Shown one piece after another: positions 17,105 to 27,700 of a stretch of 64,000 bases of DNA (positions within the stretch are counted from its first letter, which is position 1; each line of letters begins with the position of its first letter). The notes below the pieces were generated by a model that did not search any database, was not told the DNA's origin, and saw nothing but the letters and a program-made list of their open reading frames with translations. The position numbers and the translations under genes were made by a program. Origin of the DNA: an uncultured Acidimicrobiaceae bacterium (GTDB lineage Bacteria; Actinomycetota; Acidimicrobiia; Acidimicrobiales; Palsa-688). Where the stretch lies: NCBI GenBank assembly GCA_964481925.1, contig CAYZVQ010000002.1:3867-67866 (forward strand). Reading direction: 5' to 3'.

Positions 17105-18568
17105 GTGCAGGACAAGCTGTTCATCGGGGGCGAGTTCGTAGACGCCCGGGCCGGCGCCACCATCCCTGTGCTGTCCCCGGCGGACGGCAGCACCCTGGCT
17201 GAAGTGCCGGAAGGGCGGGCCGAGGACATAGACCGGGCCGTCGCCGCCGCGGTGCAGGCCGCCCCCGGCTGGGCCGCCACCGCCGCCGCCGAGCGGGGAC
17301 GGTTGCTTCTGAGGCTGGCCGATGCCATCGAAGCGGCCGGCGAGGAGCTTGCCCAGCTGGAGGCGACCGACACCGGCCACCCGATACGGGACACCCGCCT
17401 GCTCGACGTGCCCCGGACAGCCGCCACCTACCGCTACTTCGGAGGGTTGGCCGACAAGTACCAGGGCAGCTTGGTGCCCGTGGAACCCGGCTTTCTCAAC
17501 TACGTGCAACGCGGCCCGATCGGTGTCGTCGGTTCCATCGTCCCCTGGAACTTCCCCCTCATGTTCACGAGCTGGAAGCTGGGGCCGGCGCTAGCGGCCG
17601 GCAATACCACGGTGATGAAACCGTCGGAGCTGACCCCTCTGAGCACGCTGCGCCTGGCCGAGATCATCGCCGCCGTCGGTTTCCCGCCCGGGGTCGTCAA
17701 TATCGTGCCCGGCTTCGGGCACACCGCCGGGGCCAGATTGGCGGAGCACCCCGACGTGGCCAAGATCTCCTTTACCGGGTCTACGGCCACCGGGCGGCGG
17801 GTGGTGGAAGCCAGCGCCGGGAACCTCAAACGGGTACAGCTGGAGCTCGGGGGCAAGGGCGCCAACATCGTCTTCGCCGACGCCGACCTCGAGGCCGCCG
17901 TCAACGGCTCGGCGTTCGCCATCTTCCACAACCAGGGCCAGGCCTGCATCGCCGGCGCCCGCCTGCTACTGCACCAACGCATAGCCGATGACTTCCTCGA
18001 CCGGTTCCTCCGTCTGGCCGCCGGTATCCGGCTGGGCCCGCCTCTGGACGAGCGGACACAGATGGGCCCTCTCACCTCCGCTGTTCACCGCGACCGTGTC
18101 CTGAGCTATGTGAAGGTGGCGCGCGACGAGGGGGCCGAGGTGCTGACCGGCGGTAAGGCCCCCGAGGACGCCGCTCTGGCCCGGGGCTACTACTTCCTTC
18201 CCACCGTCGTGCGAGCACGGCCGTACGACCGCGTATGTCAGGAGGAGGTGTTCGGGCCCTTCGTGACCGTTACCACTTTCGGGGACGACCGCGAGGCCGT
18301 GGACTTTGCCAATTCGTCCAGTTATGGCCTGGGCGCCGGGTTGTGGACCCGCGACCTGGCCCGTGCCCATAAGGTCGCCGCCGACCTGCGCGCCGGCATG
18401 GTGTGGGTGAACTGCTACAAAAGAATAAACCCGGGCTCACCTTTTGGTGGGGTGGGCTTGTCGGGTTACGGGCGGGAGATGGGCTTCGAGGCCATGCACG
18501 AGTACACCGAGGCGAAGTCGGTTTGGGTCAACTTCGACGCCGAGATCCCCCCCTGGTACCCGCGCTGA
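17105..18568 (+). CDS. NAD(P)-dependent aldehyde dehydrogenase (4-hydroxymuconic semialdehyde dehydrogenase by context)
   Basis: ALDH motifs VVGSIVPWNFPL, KISFTGSTATGR, ELGGKG and QGQACIAG (catalytic Cys). GTG start at 17105 gives the typical N-terminus VQDKLFIGGEFVDA. Confidence 0.8.
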   Translation: MQDKLFIGGEFVDARAGATIPVLSPADGSTLAEVPEGRAEDIDRAVAAAVQAAPGWAATAAAERGRLLLRLADAIEAAGEELAQLEATDTGHPIRDTRLLDVPRTAATYRYFGGLADKYQGSLVPVEPGFLNYVQRGPIGVVGSIVPWNFPLMFTSWKLGPALAAGNTTVMKPSELTPLSTLRLAEIIAAVGFPPGVVNIVPGFGHTAGARLAEHPDVAKISFTGSTATGRRVVEASAGNLKRVQLELGGKGANIVFADADLEAAVNGSAFAIFHNQGQACIAGARLLLHQRIADDFLDRFLRLAAGIRLGPPLDERTQMGPLTSAVHRDRVLSYVKVARDEGAEVLTGGKAPEDAALARGYYFLPTVVRARPYDRVCQEEVFGPFVTVTTFGDDREAVDFANSSSYGLGAGLWTRDLARAHKVAADLRAGMVWVNCYKRINPGSPFGGVGLSGYGREMGFEAMHEYTEAKSVWVNFDAEIPPWYPR

Positions 18569-18588
18569 CACCCGAGGTCGGGCTGGCG

Positions 18589-19659
18589 ATGTCCGGTGGG
18601 GACGGGCCGGGCCCGTTCGTGTACGAGGCTCTACCCGTACGGGTGGCCTTCGGGCCCGGCCGGCGGCGGGAGCTGGTGTCCGAGATGCAACGCCTGGGCG
18701 TCAGCAAGGCCCTGCTCATCGCCGGGGAGCATGAGCGGGAGACCGCTGACGAGGCGGCCCGCACGCTGGGGCCGGGGGTCGCCGGGCGCTGGCCCGAAGT
18801 CCGCCAGCACGTCCCTGTCGAGCTGGTGGACAGGGCACGCGCTGAGGCCGCCCGGGCCGGGGCCGACGCCCTGGTCTGTATCGGGGGGGGCTCGGCCATC
18901 GGCCTGGCCAAGGCCATAGCCCTGTCCCTGTCCGTGCCAATACCCATCGTGGCCTTGCCCACGACCTACTCCGGTTCGGAGATGACGCCGATCTGGGGGA
19001 CAACGGCACAGGGGCACAAGACCACTGGTCGCGACGCCCGGGTGCTGCCCAGCGCCGTGATCTACGACCCCGAACTGACGACCACCCTTCCCGTGCGGCT
19101 GAGCGCCACCACCGGCGTCAACGCCCTGGCTCACTGCGCCGAGGCCCTGTACGCGGCCGGGGCCAACCCGGTGACGTCCCTGGTGGCCCTGGAGGGCGCT
19201 CGCGCCCTGTTCGCCAGCCTCCCTCTGGTGACGGCCCGCCCCACGGACGTGGGGGCACGCAGCACCGCCCTGTACGGCGCCTTCCTGGCCGGCCGCGCTC
19301 TGGCCGGCGCGGGCACATCGGTCCACCACAAGGTCTGCCACGTGCTGGGCGGGCGCTACGACCTGCCCCACGCCGAGCTGCACACGGCCGTTCTGGCCCA
19401 CTCGCTGGCCTTGGTGGAGGCGCAACGGCCGGAGCTCCTGGCCCCCCTGGCCGCGGCCACCGGGGCCGCGAGCGCGGCCACCGGCGTCGCCGAGCTCATC
19501 CGTGGGCTCATCGGTAGCGCCTCCGTCGGCGACCTCGGCGTGACCCTGGACCAGCTGCGGGCGGCGGTGCCGGACGTGCTCGCCACCGGGGCTGGGCGGC
19601 CCTGGGCCAACACTGAGGACGAGGTGACCGCCTTCATGGAGTCTCTTTTGTATGCATGA
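18589..19659 (+). CDS. maleylacetate reductase (iron-containing alcohol dehydrogenase family)
   Basis: Fe-ADH family layout (GGGSAIGLAKAIA, LPTTYSGSEMT, histidine-rich HHKVCHVLGG..LPHAELH). Position after the ALDH matches hapF/pnpF-type clusters. Confidence 0.75.
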   Translation: MSGGDGPGPFVYEALPVRVAFGPGRRRELVSEMQRLGVSKALLIAGEHERETADEAARTLGPGVAGRWPEVRQHVPVELVDRARAEAARAGADALVCIGGGSAIGLAKAIALSLSVPIPIVALPTTYSGSEMTPIWGTTAQGHKTTGRDARVLPSAVIYDPELTTTLPVRLSATTGVNALAHCAEALYAAGANPVTSLVALEGARALFASLPLVTARPTDVGARSTALYGAFLAGRALAGAGTSVHHKVCHVLGGRYDLPHAELHTAVLAHSLALVEAQRPELLAPLAAATGAASAATGVAELIRGLIGSASVGDLGVTLDQLRAAVPDVLATGAGRPWANTEDEVTAFMESLLYA

Positions 19660-20509
19660 GTTCCTTGCCGGCCCCGGGCCGGTGGCGGACGCGCTGCTGG
19701 CGGCGGGCTACATGGCCGACGAAGCCACCGCCGATGCCGTCTTTTTTGCCGAACACCTGGCCAAGCCCGTACTCGTCGAGGGCCCCGCCGGGGTAGGCAA
19801 GACCGAGCTGGCCAAGACCGTCGCCCGCGCCGGCGGGTGGCGGCTCATCCGGTTGCAGTGCTACGAGGGGCTGGACGAAGCCCGGGCGCTGTACGAGTGG
19901 AACTACAAGAAGCAGCTGCTGCGCATCCAAGCCGGCTCCGGCAGCACCTGGGCAGAAACCGAGGAAGACATCTTCACCGAAGATTTCCTGTTGGAACGGC
20001 CGCTTCTGGCCGCCATCCGGTCCTCGGAACGGGCCGTGCTGCTCATCGACGAAGTGGACCGGGTGGAGGTGGAGACCGAGGCGCTCATGCTGGAGGTGCT
20101 CTCCGACTTCCAGGTGTCGGTCCCCGAACTGGGCACGGTGGTGGCCACGCACCAACCGTTGGTGTTCCTTACCTCCAACGCCACTCGAGAACTGTCCGAG
20201 GCCCTGCGCCGGCGTTGCCTGTACCTGCACCTGGGCTACCCTGACCGCCAGCGCGAGGAACAGATCATCCGCCTGCGGGCGCCGGAAGTGGGCGCTGACC
20301 TGGCTGGCGCGGTGGCCCGGACCGTGGCCATGGTGCGCCGTTTGGACCTGGTGAAGCCTCCGTCGATCTCCGAGAGCGTCGACTGGGCACGGACGCTCCA
20401 GCTCTTGGGCGTCGCCGATCTCGAACCCGAGGCGGCCCGGCGCACCCTGCCGCTCCTGTTGAAGCACCAAAGCGACATCGAGCTCGTCCGACGCGAGTTA
20501 GCTTTCTGA
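19652..20509 (+). CDS. MoxR/CoxD-like AAA+ ATPase
   Basis: Walker A EGPAGVGKTELAK and Walker B VLLIDEVDR. CYEGLDEARALYEWNYKKQLL is typical of CoxD-like MoxR proteins. 8-nt overlap with the maleylacetate reductase gene. Confidence 0.75.
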   Translation: MHEFLAGPGPVADALLAAGYMADEATADAVFFAEHLAKPVLVEGPAGVGKTELAKTVARAGGWRLIRLQCYEGLDEARALYEWNYKKQLLRIQAGSGSTWAETEEDIFTEDFLLERPLLAAIRSSERAVLLIDEVDRVEVETEALMLEVLSDFQVSVPELGTVVATHQPLVFLTSNATRELSEALRRRCLYLHLGYPDRQREEQIIRLRAPEVGADLAGAVARTVAMVRRLDLVKPPSISESVDWARTLQLLGVADLEPEAARRTLPLLLKHQSDIELVRRELAF

Positions 20510-20510
20510 T

Positions 20511-21383
20511 ATGGCCCCGGTAACTACCCCCCAGGATATAACGGCGGCGGTGAAAGCCAGCTTCGCCGCCGTGCCCGACGCCAGGTTGCGCTACGTCATG
20601 GAGCGCTTGGTAGAGCACCTGCACGCCTTCACCGTCGAGGTCCGCCTGAGCCAGCAGGAATGGGCGGCCGGTATCGACTTTCTAACCCGTACCGGCCACA
20701 TGTGCACGCCCGAGCGCCAGGAGTTCATCCTCCTCTCCGACACCATGGGCGTGTCCATGCTGGTGGACCTGCTGGAAAACGAGGGGGCGACGGAAGCGAC
20801 CGAGTCGACCGTGCTCGGTCCCTTTTATGTGCCGGGCTCGCCGTGGCGGCCGATGGGGTCGTCGATCGTCGAGCAGGCGGGTAGCGGGGAGCCGGCCCGC
20901 GTCTCGGGTACGGTACGCGAACCCGGCGGCACCCCAATCGGCGATGCCGTCATCGACGTATGGCAGAACGCCGCCAACGGCAAGTATGCCGTACAGGACA
21001 GTGGTCAGCCACCGGAAAACCTGAGGGGGCGGTTCCGCACCGGTCCCGACGGCCGCTTTTCGTTTTGGTCAGTGCGGCCGACCGACTACTGCATACCCGG
21101 CGACGGGCCCGTGGGGCGCATGCTGGCCAGCACCGGCCGCCATCCCTGGCGCCCGGCCCATCTGCACTTGATCGTCTCCGCCCCCGGCCACGTTCGCGTC
21201 ACCACCCACCTGTTCGACGGCGAGAGCCCTTATCTGGACAGTGACACGGTGTTCGCCGTCAAGGGGTCCCTCGTCTGCCACTTCGACCGGCATGAGGCGA
21301 GCGAGCCCGGTGCCGCGGCCACCAGCACCGGCCCCTGGTACTCGCTCGAGCACGACCTGGTGCTCCCCCCGGCGTTGCCGTAA
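20511..21383 (+). CDS. hydroxyquinol (1,2,4-benzenetriol) 1,2-dioxygenase, intradiol family
   Basis: Intradiol dioxygenase N-terminal helical domain (RLVEHLHAF..EVRLSQQEW..GIDFLTRTG) and catalytic core (GPFYVPGSP, WQ.NA.GKY, RPAHLHL). Confidence 0.8.
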   Translation: MAPVTTPQDITAAVKASFAAVPDARLRYVMERLVEHLHAFTVEVRLSQQEWAAGIDFLTRTGHMCTPERQEFILLSDTMGVSMLVDLLENEGATEATESTVLGPFYVPGSPWRPMGSSIVEQAGSGEPARVSGTVREPGGTPIGDAVIDVWQNAANGKYAVQDSGQPPENLRGRFRTGPDGRFSFWSVRPTDYCIPGDGPVGRMLASTGRHPWRPAHLHLIVSAPGHVRVTTHLFDGESPYLDSDTVFAVKGSLVCHFDRHEASEPGAAATSTGPWYSLEHDLVLPPALP

Positions 21384-21888
21384 ACGCACCAACCCTGGGT
21401 GCCCCACATCGGCCCCCGCCCACCGCCGCTCGCATCGTCGGGGTGTGCTCAGCTTTGTCGTCGGGCTGGCCCTTCATTAGATTCAGACATCTGCCCTTCG
21501 CTCACCGCGCTCAATGAACTCGACCTGTTGCAGGCACAGGGCATAAACGGCTGCCCAGAGGATCCCTCCCCTAAGGTCGGCAGCATCGTTCACAAAGGGC
21601 CGAGAAAAGAAAAGTGAGCGGCCAGCCGGGTCCTCCCCAATCGCTCGCAAGAACTGCCCGTCGTTCAGCACCTCGTCCTCGATAAGGCAGTGCGCAAGGT
21701 TGGTATCGCGCTGTCACGCCCGCCAGAGCGCGCCTACGAAAATCACAACCGTGGAACAAGCGCGACGATCTAACCCGCCAGGCGGGGAGGGGGTTGGAGG
21801 GGACCGGGGGTCCCGGCGCCAGACTAGCGACGGCCTCAAAAGGCCAAGGAAACGACGGCGTCCGCGGGCAGGGCCGGTGGTACGCGGT

Positions 21889-23211
21889 CTAGTTCAGTTT
21901 GCCTACTCCTGTCCCTTTGGCAACCAAAAAATCGCCTCCCGCCATGGTCGCGCTCGAGAGCTTTTTGCCCGGCGCTTCGCCCAGCCCAATGCACCATGTC
22001 CCGACGTTTATGTCCAAACAACCGATCGCGGCCATGAAACCCATAGTCGGAGCCGTACTCACCGTGAAACTACTGCCGTTCCAGTGAGCCAGAGGGATGT
22101 TGTGGTTGAGAGGGCCGAGGATACTCGGGAAGCCCAGGGCCACCCAGCAATCGGTGGACGCTAAGCAGGAATCGGTGTAAAGGATGTAGGACCCGCCCTC
22201 AGGTGGGCTTGGGGACTTCACAGAGGCCCATGATGTGCCGTCCCAAGTGTCAGCTACGCCGCCGGGGAAATCGGCCCCCGACTGTCCTGCGGTGTAACCG
22301 AGCGCGCTGCCAACGGCCAAGCAACTGTTGTCCTGCGGGCAAGAGAGCCCGTACAAGCCTGTGAGGTTGCCCATATCGAACTTTTGGGTGTTGGGCATGT
22401 TGAACAATGACCACGATGCGCCGCTCAACGCTTCTCCGAAGAAGTAACCCGGGCCCTTGCTGCTGTTGTCGGCGTCGCCCAGCGCAGTACAGCTTGTGGG
22501 ACTGAAGCAGTCGACTGCGTCCAGCACCGTCCACAAAGCGCCCGTAGGTTTGGGGATGGGCAAGGAGGACCACGATTTGCCGTCCCAACGGTAGGCAAGT
22601 GGGACCGTAGAACTGGTAGATAGTTCGCGGTTGCCGACGGCGACGCAGTTCGACGGCGAGGTACAGGAGATCCCGTTGAAGGCGACGCCGTTCGGGTCTG
22701 GCATCGTCGATGGGGACCAAGTCGTGCCGTTGTAATGATCGATCAGGCCTACCGGCTGTTCGAGCAGCTTGCCCACAAAGCTGGCGCCCACGGCCCAACA
22801 GTCTGTGATGCTGGGGCACGCAGTGTCGACTAGCCCGACCGAGCCAGACACGCCCGTCCCCTGGACGGACCAGATCTTGCCATCCCAGTGCCAGATAACG
22901 CCGTGGTACACCTCGGCAGGCCCGGTGGAAACGGTGGCGTAGGACTCCACGTACCCGGCCACCACACAATCGGACCTCGACCGGCAGGTCATGTTGCCCG
23001 TGGACAGCAGGTCCGAGGTGTCGATGCCTCCCTTGGGTGCCTGCACCGGCACAGGCGACCAGTCGAGCGACGCTGGGGCTTGGGCTGGCGGAGTGGGCGC
23101 AGCCTCAGCCATCAGTGTGGAGGAGGCGGGCACCGCAACCGAACCGAGGACCAAACTGCTGCCAACGACAGCCCCTACGAGGAGCCGTCTCGGGTGGCGG
23201 CTTGTGCGCAT
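21889..23211 (-). CDS. secreted repeat protein (beta-propeller-like, Cys-pair repeats)
   Basis: Signal peptide MRTSRHPRRLLVGAVVGSSLVLGSVAVPA. At least 6 repeats of C-x4-6-C-x-A-[VL]-G followed by W-[DN]-G-x2-W-S (for example ACPSITDCWAVG..YNGTTWS, SCTSPSNCVAVG..WDGKSWS). Confidence 0.6.
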   Translation of the reverse strand: MRTSRHPRRLLVGAVVGSSLVLGSVAVPASSTLMAEAAPTPPAQAPASLDWSPVPVQAPKGGIDTSDLLSTGNMTCRSRSDCVVAGYVESYATVSTGPAEVYHGVIWHWDGKIWSVQGTGVSGSVGLVDTACPSITDCWAVGASFVGKLLEQPVGLIDHYNGTTWSPSTMPDPNGVAFNGISCTSPSNCVAVGNRELSTSSTVPLAYRWDGKSWSSLPIPKPTGALWTVLDAVDCFSPTSCTALGDADNSSKGPGYFFGEALSGASWSLFNMPNTQKFDMGNLTGLYGLSCPQDNSCLAVGSALGYTAGQSGADFPGGVADTWDGTSWASVKSPSPPEGGSYILYTDSCLASTDCWVALGFPSILGPLNHNIPLAHWNGSSFTVSTAPTMGFMAAIGCLDINVGTWCIGLGEAPGKKLSSATMAGGDFLVAKGTGVGKLN

Positions 23212-23404
23212 ATCATCTCCTCCTTAAATAGCGGGATGGTGGGCCGGATGGTAACACCGTCCGGGGGCTCGGGGAAGGGCGAAAATAGTGGGCGCTACGC
23301 GATCGGCGGTACTCGGCGAGTGGCTTAGTGGTCCCGTTCGGAACTACACGCGTGTAATCTATAGCTGCCGCATCGCATGGGAGGTGCGGTGTTGAAGCCC
23401 TTTT

Positions 23405-23566
23405 GTGATCGAGTTGGACGACGAGGACCGACAGCAGCTTGAAGCCCTGGTGCGCAAGGGCAAGGCCGAGCAGCGGATGGTGTCAAGGGCCAGGATCGTG
23501 CTCGCGGCGGGCGATGAATACCACCCAGGACCCACGGCCAGTGCTGAGGGTGCGATCCAGCTGTAA
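23405..23566 (+). pseudogene. IS630-family transposase N-terminal HTH fragment
   Basis: VIELDDEDRQQLEALVRKGKAEQRMVSRARIVLAAGDE matches the conserved N-terminal HTH of IS630-type transposases. The frame stops after 53 codons and no DDE domain follows. Confidence 0.55.
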
Positions 23567-24259
23567 GCGAAAAGGCCCAACCGACGAAACCTCCCACAAC
23601 CGACAACACGATCACGAGCCCTAGACGCCAGCGCCATCCCATGGGCTGACCCTACCTAGTCGGTACAGGCCCCGTTCTCGGAGCGACGAGCTGCTTGGGT
23701 GTATCAAGTGACTAATCCTCCACCGCGTCGGGGAGGATAAGGCCAAAAGAGGCGCTCCGATGAACGTACAGACTCACAAGATCACTCCGAAAGGTCTGCG
23801 CGGGTGGTGGGCATCTCCCCCGCGATCGGGCATGCGACGCATCCTCGCGCCATGGGTGTACCGCCACCCCCGTGCCTGGGCAGGCGTGTAGATTGCCAGA
23901 AATCCAGGTCTCCTGGCATGGACGGACGAAACTGTGGAAACACATAGCAAACTTGACTGCACTCGGAAGTTGGTATGGGGGAATCCGCCAGCGCTGTGAA
24001 GTACGAGGGGCTGGCCCACGTGCGGGCTCGCCTCGCTACAGCTTTGACGGGGCGGTACCGGCACAGCAGGATTATCCCACCATGCTGGGAGTCAGATTCT
24101 CGGCGCGTGCGGCCTGAACCGCGATTGGGGTTAGCGCGCGGCCGCCGGACGCGGCCGAGGTAGGCGAGGCTCGATGAGGGGTCGACACCCAGTCGAGAGT
24201 GCGCCTGCGCCCCTTTCCTCCGCGTTGGCCGCAAGCAGGAGTTGCCCGGAGGTGGTCAT

Positions 24260-24610
24260 TAAGACGAGCGCAATGGCGCCCAATAATGGTTATTCGGTCG
24301 TTCGCCTCGTCGGGCACCCTGGTCGCGTCCGTTGCGAGGGCTCACATCAAGGGGGGCCGCGCACTCCCCCTCCGCTGCACCTCCGACAGCGATCGACGAC
24401 TACGTAGCCATAGCGCCAAGCGGCGGGTTCCCAGAACTTGCCTACCGCGAGCGCAGCGAACGGGCACGGGCGACCTGGTTGGCAAGCTACCCCGGCGACC
24501 TCGTCACCCGGGATGCCGCCGCCCTTGACAGCGCCAAGGACCCCGTCAAGCTGCGCCGGTACGTGAGCGCTGTCGACTTGAACAACGCCGGGATGCCGTC
24601 GACGCGACCC
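24260..24610 (+). pseudogene. AAA+ (DUF4143-type) ATPase fragment, frameshifted
   Basis: GGFPELAY..RARATWLASYPGDLVTRDAAALDSAKDPVKLRRYVSAV resembles the linker/DUF4143 region. An upstream piece sits in another frame (FASSGTLV...GGRALPL). No Walker A region is present. Confidence 0.4.
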
Positions 24611-24721
24611 TGTTTGTGTTCACAAGCTCGGGATCGCGTACGGGTCAGTCGGCCAACCTGTCACTATCATCTACCGGTTAACCCGATGGGTTCTGATGTC
24701 GGGTGACTGGGAGAGAGGGCC

Positions 24722-27700
24722 ATGGGTGAGATCTTCATCAGTCACTCCTCGGCTGACCAAGCCGCGGCTGCGACAGTAGCGGAAGCCTTACGCCACGGGG
24801 GCCATAACGTCTTTTTGGACAGCGATCGCAACGACGGCATTGCTCCCGGCGACGTCTGGAGCCGTACCCTCTTCCACGAGCTGCGTGTCTGTGACGCCGT
24901 CCTCTTCTTGAATAGCACCGCGTCACAAGGGTCCAAATGGTGCCACACGGAGCTGGCCGTCGCCGGCGACCTGGGCAAGCGGACCTACTGGCTCGACCTC
25001 GCCGCTAGGCTCGAACCGCACCCCATCGTCCAGTCGGTGCACGGCATCAGGTTTGGGACTTCGCTGGGCGAGAGCACCGAGGTCCTGCTGAGCGCGCTCC
25101 GTCGCGACGGGCTGGCGGATCGGAGCGTGTCCCGCTGGGACGAACGCCGAGCCCCCTACCCGGGGCTGGAGGCCCTGGACATGGAAGATGCAGGGGTCTT
25201 CTTCGGGCGTGAGGCCGAGGTGAACAGGTTGGTCGAGCGCGTCACCGGGCCGTTGGGCCAGCTCGACGGGGACCTGGTGGTGGTCGTCGGTCCTTCGGGC
25301 GCGGGGAAGTCTTCGCTCGTACAGGCGGGCTTAGCCGCCAGGTTGGAAGCCCCCCAGTTCGCGTGGGCAGTCGTGAGGCCGTTCGAACCGGGAGCCCAGC
25401 CCTTGGACCGGCTGGTTAAGCGTCTGGCAGACCTGGGGGGTGGCCAGCTTTCGGAGGTCGACTGCCGCGAACAACTGTTGGCTTCGGGGTTGGCGGCCGT
25501 AGCTGAGTGGCTCATCGAACACAGCGGGGCCCGAGCGAAGCGCCTGCTCGTTGTCGTCGACCAGGCCGAACAGCTCGAGACCGTGGCCCAACCGGCGGAA
25601 AGAGAGGCGTTCCTCCGGTTGCTCGCGCCCGCCATGGGAGCGGGCTCCCCCGTCACGGCGGTGATGACGGTGCGCTCCGACCGCTTCGACGAGGTGCAGC
25701 GGCTGCCATTTATCGGGCCCATCATCCATGAGTCGTTCGTGGTCGCTCCCATGGACCGCAACCAGCTGGGGGCCATAATCGAAGGCCCGGCGAGGCGCGC
25801 CGACTTGAGCTTTGACCCTGGCCTGGTCGTCCGTCTCATCGACGACGCCATGCAAGGGCGCAGCGGGGAGGCCGTCGATTCATTGCCGCTGCTCGCCTTC
25901 ACCCTGCGCGAGATGTACGACCTCGCTGTCAAACAACGGCGCCGAACGATCACCGAAGCCGACTACGAACACGTCGGGCGGATCGAGGGTGCCATCGCCC
26001 GGCGGGCCAAAGCAGCTGAGTCTTTGCTCGCCCCCGATGCCCACGCAGTGCTGGAACGTTTGCTCCCTCGCTTCGTGACCCTGAGCGAAGAACGGCTCCC
26101 AGCTGGCCGCCCTGTTGTTCGGGAGCAGCTGAGCGAGGCCGAAGAAGACGTGGTACAAAAGCTCGAAGACCAACGCCTCTTGACTGGCGCCAGCGATTCC
26201 GTCCGCTTGGCCCACGAACGTCTTATCATCGCCTGGCCGACCCTTGCCCAGGCGGTGGCCGATCGCCGGGAAGACCTGCTGTTACAAGCCCGGTTGGAGC
26301 GGCAGGCCAACGATTGGAAAGACACTGCCGGCGGGGTGCTCGGTCGTGAGGCGCTCGGATCCGCCTTGGCCTGGCTTGAGAGGGCGGGTCCAGCCATTGT
26401 CCAGGGCGTCGTGGGCGAGTACGTGCGCAAATCGAAAGAGGCGGCATCGCGCCGGCGACGGTTGAGGACTGGCGCCCTGTCAGTCATCGTGATGCTCTTA
26501 GTTGTCTCGGTAGTCCTGAGCGTTCTTGCCGTGACCAGTCGCGATCAAGCCATCACGGAGGCGCACGAATCTCAGTCGGTCGCAATGGCGGCGGAGGCGA
26601 GCAACGCGTTAGCGTTAGGAAACGTACCGCTCGGGATGCTGTTGAGCATCGAGGCACGAGAGCGAGCCGACACCTCGCAGGCTGTAAGCGCCGTCGCGAG
26701 TGCCGCAGCTGAGCCATTGCTGTATGCGGCTAGCGGGAGCGTGGTCAACAGCGTCGCATTCAGCCCCGACGGGAACGTGTTGGCGAGCGGGGACAGTGCC
26801 GGTTATGTGGTGCTCTACAACCTGGCGAGCGGTACGACCACCACGCTCTATAACGGGAGCTATGTCAACAGCGTCGCATTCAGCCCCGACGGGAACATGT
26901 TGGCGAGCGGGGACAGTGCCGGAGAGGTGAAGCTTTACGGCCTAGAGAGCAATAAGAGGAACGAGTTCAACCGGGACCTAGGAGTTCGGCGCTGGGCGGG
27001 AGATTTGAGCCCGGTCGACGCCGTCGCCTTCAGTCCCGACGGGAAGACGCTCGCAAGCGTCCACTTTTCGGGCTACGTCGACCTCTACAATCTGGAGAGC
27101 GGTAAGGAAACCACCCTCAACGACGTGAGCCCAGTCGACGCCGTCGCTTTTAGCCCCGACGGGAACATGCTGGCGAGCGGGGACGGGGCTGGCCAGGTAC
27201 TGCTGTACGACCTGGCCAGCGGAAAGACCACCACGCTCAACGACGGGAGCCAGGTCTTCACCGTCGACTTCAGTCCCGACGGGAAGACACTGGCGAGCGG
27301 GGACAAGGCCGGCCAGGTACAGCTCTACGACCTAGCTAGCGGAAAGACCACCACGCTCAACGACGGGAGCATTGTCAAAAGCGTCGCTTTCAGCCCGGAC
27401 GGGAACATGCTGGCGAGCGGGGACGGGGCCGGCCAGGTACAGCTCTACGACCTGGCTAGCGGAAAGACCACCACGCTCAACGACGGGAGCCAGGTCCTCA
27501 CCGTCGCCTTCAGTCCCGACGGGAAGACACTGGCGACAGCGGACATTTACGGCCAGGTACTGCTCTACAACCTGGCGAGGATTCCCTTCAACGACGGGAG
27601 CCAAGTCCTAACCGTCGCCTTCAGTCCCGACGGGAGGGCCCTGGCGAGCGGGGACCAATACGGCCAGGTGCTGCTCTACGACATGGCTAGCGGAAAGACC

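Noticed and set aside
21483-21720. Doc/Fic-like toxin remnant (…SRPFVNDAADLRGGILWAAVYAL…)
   Set aside because: It only loosely resembles HPFxDGNKR, the key His and Gly-Asn-Lys-Arg residues are absent, and the open frame is short with no start and no antitoxin partner.
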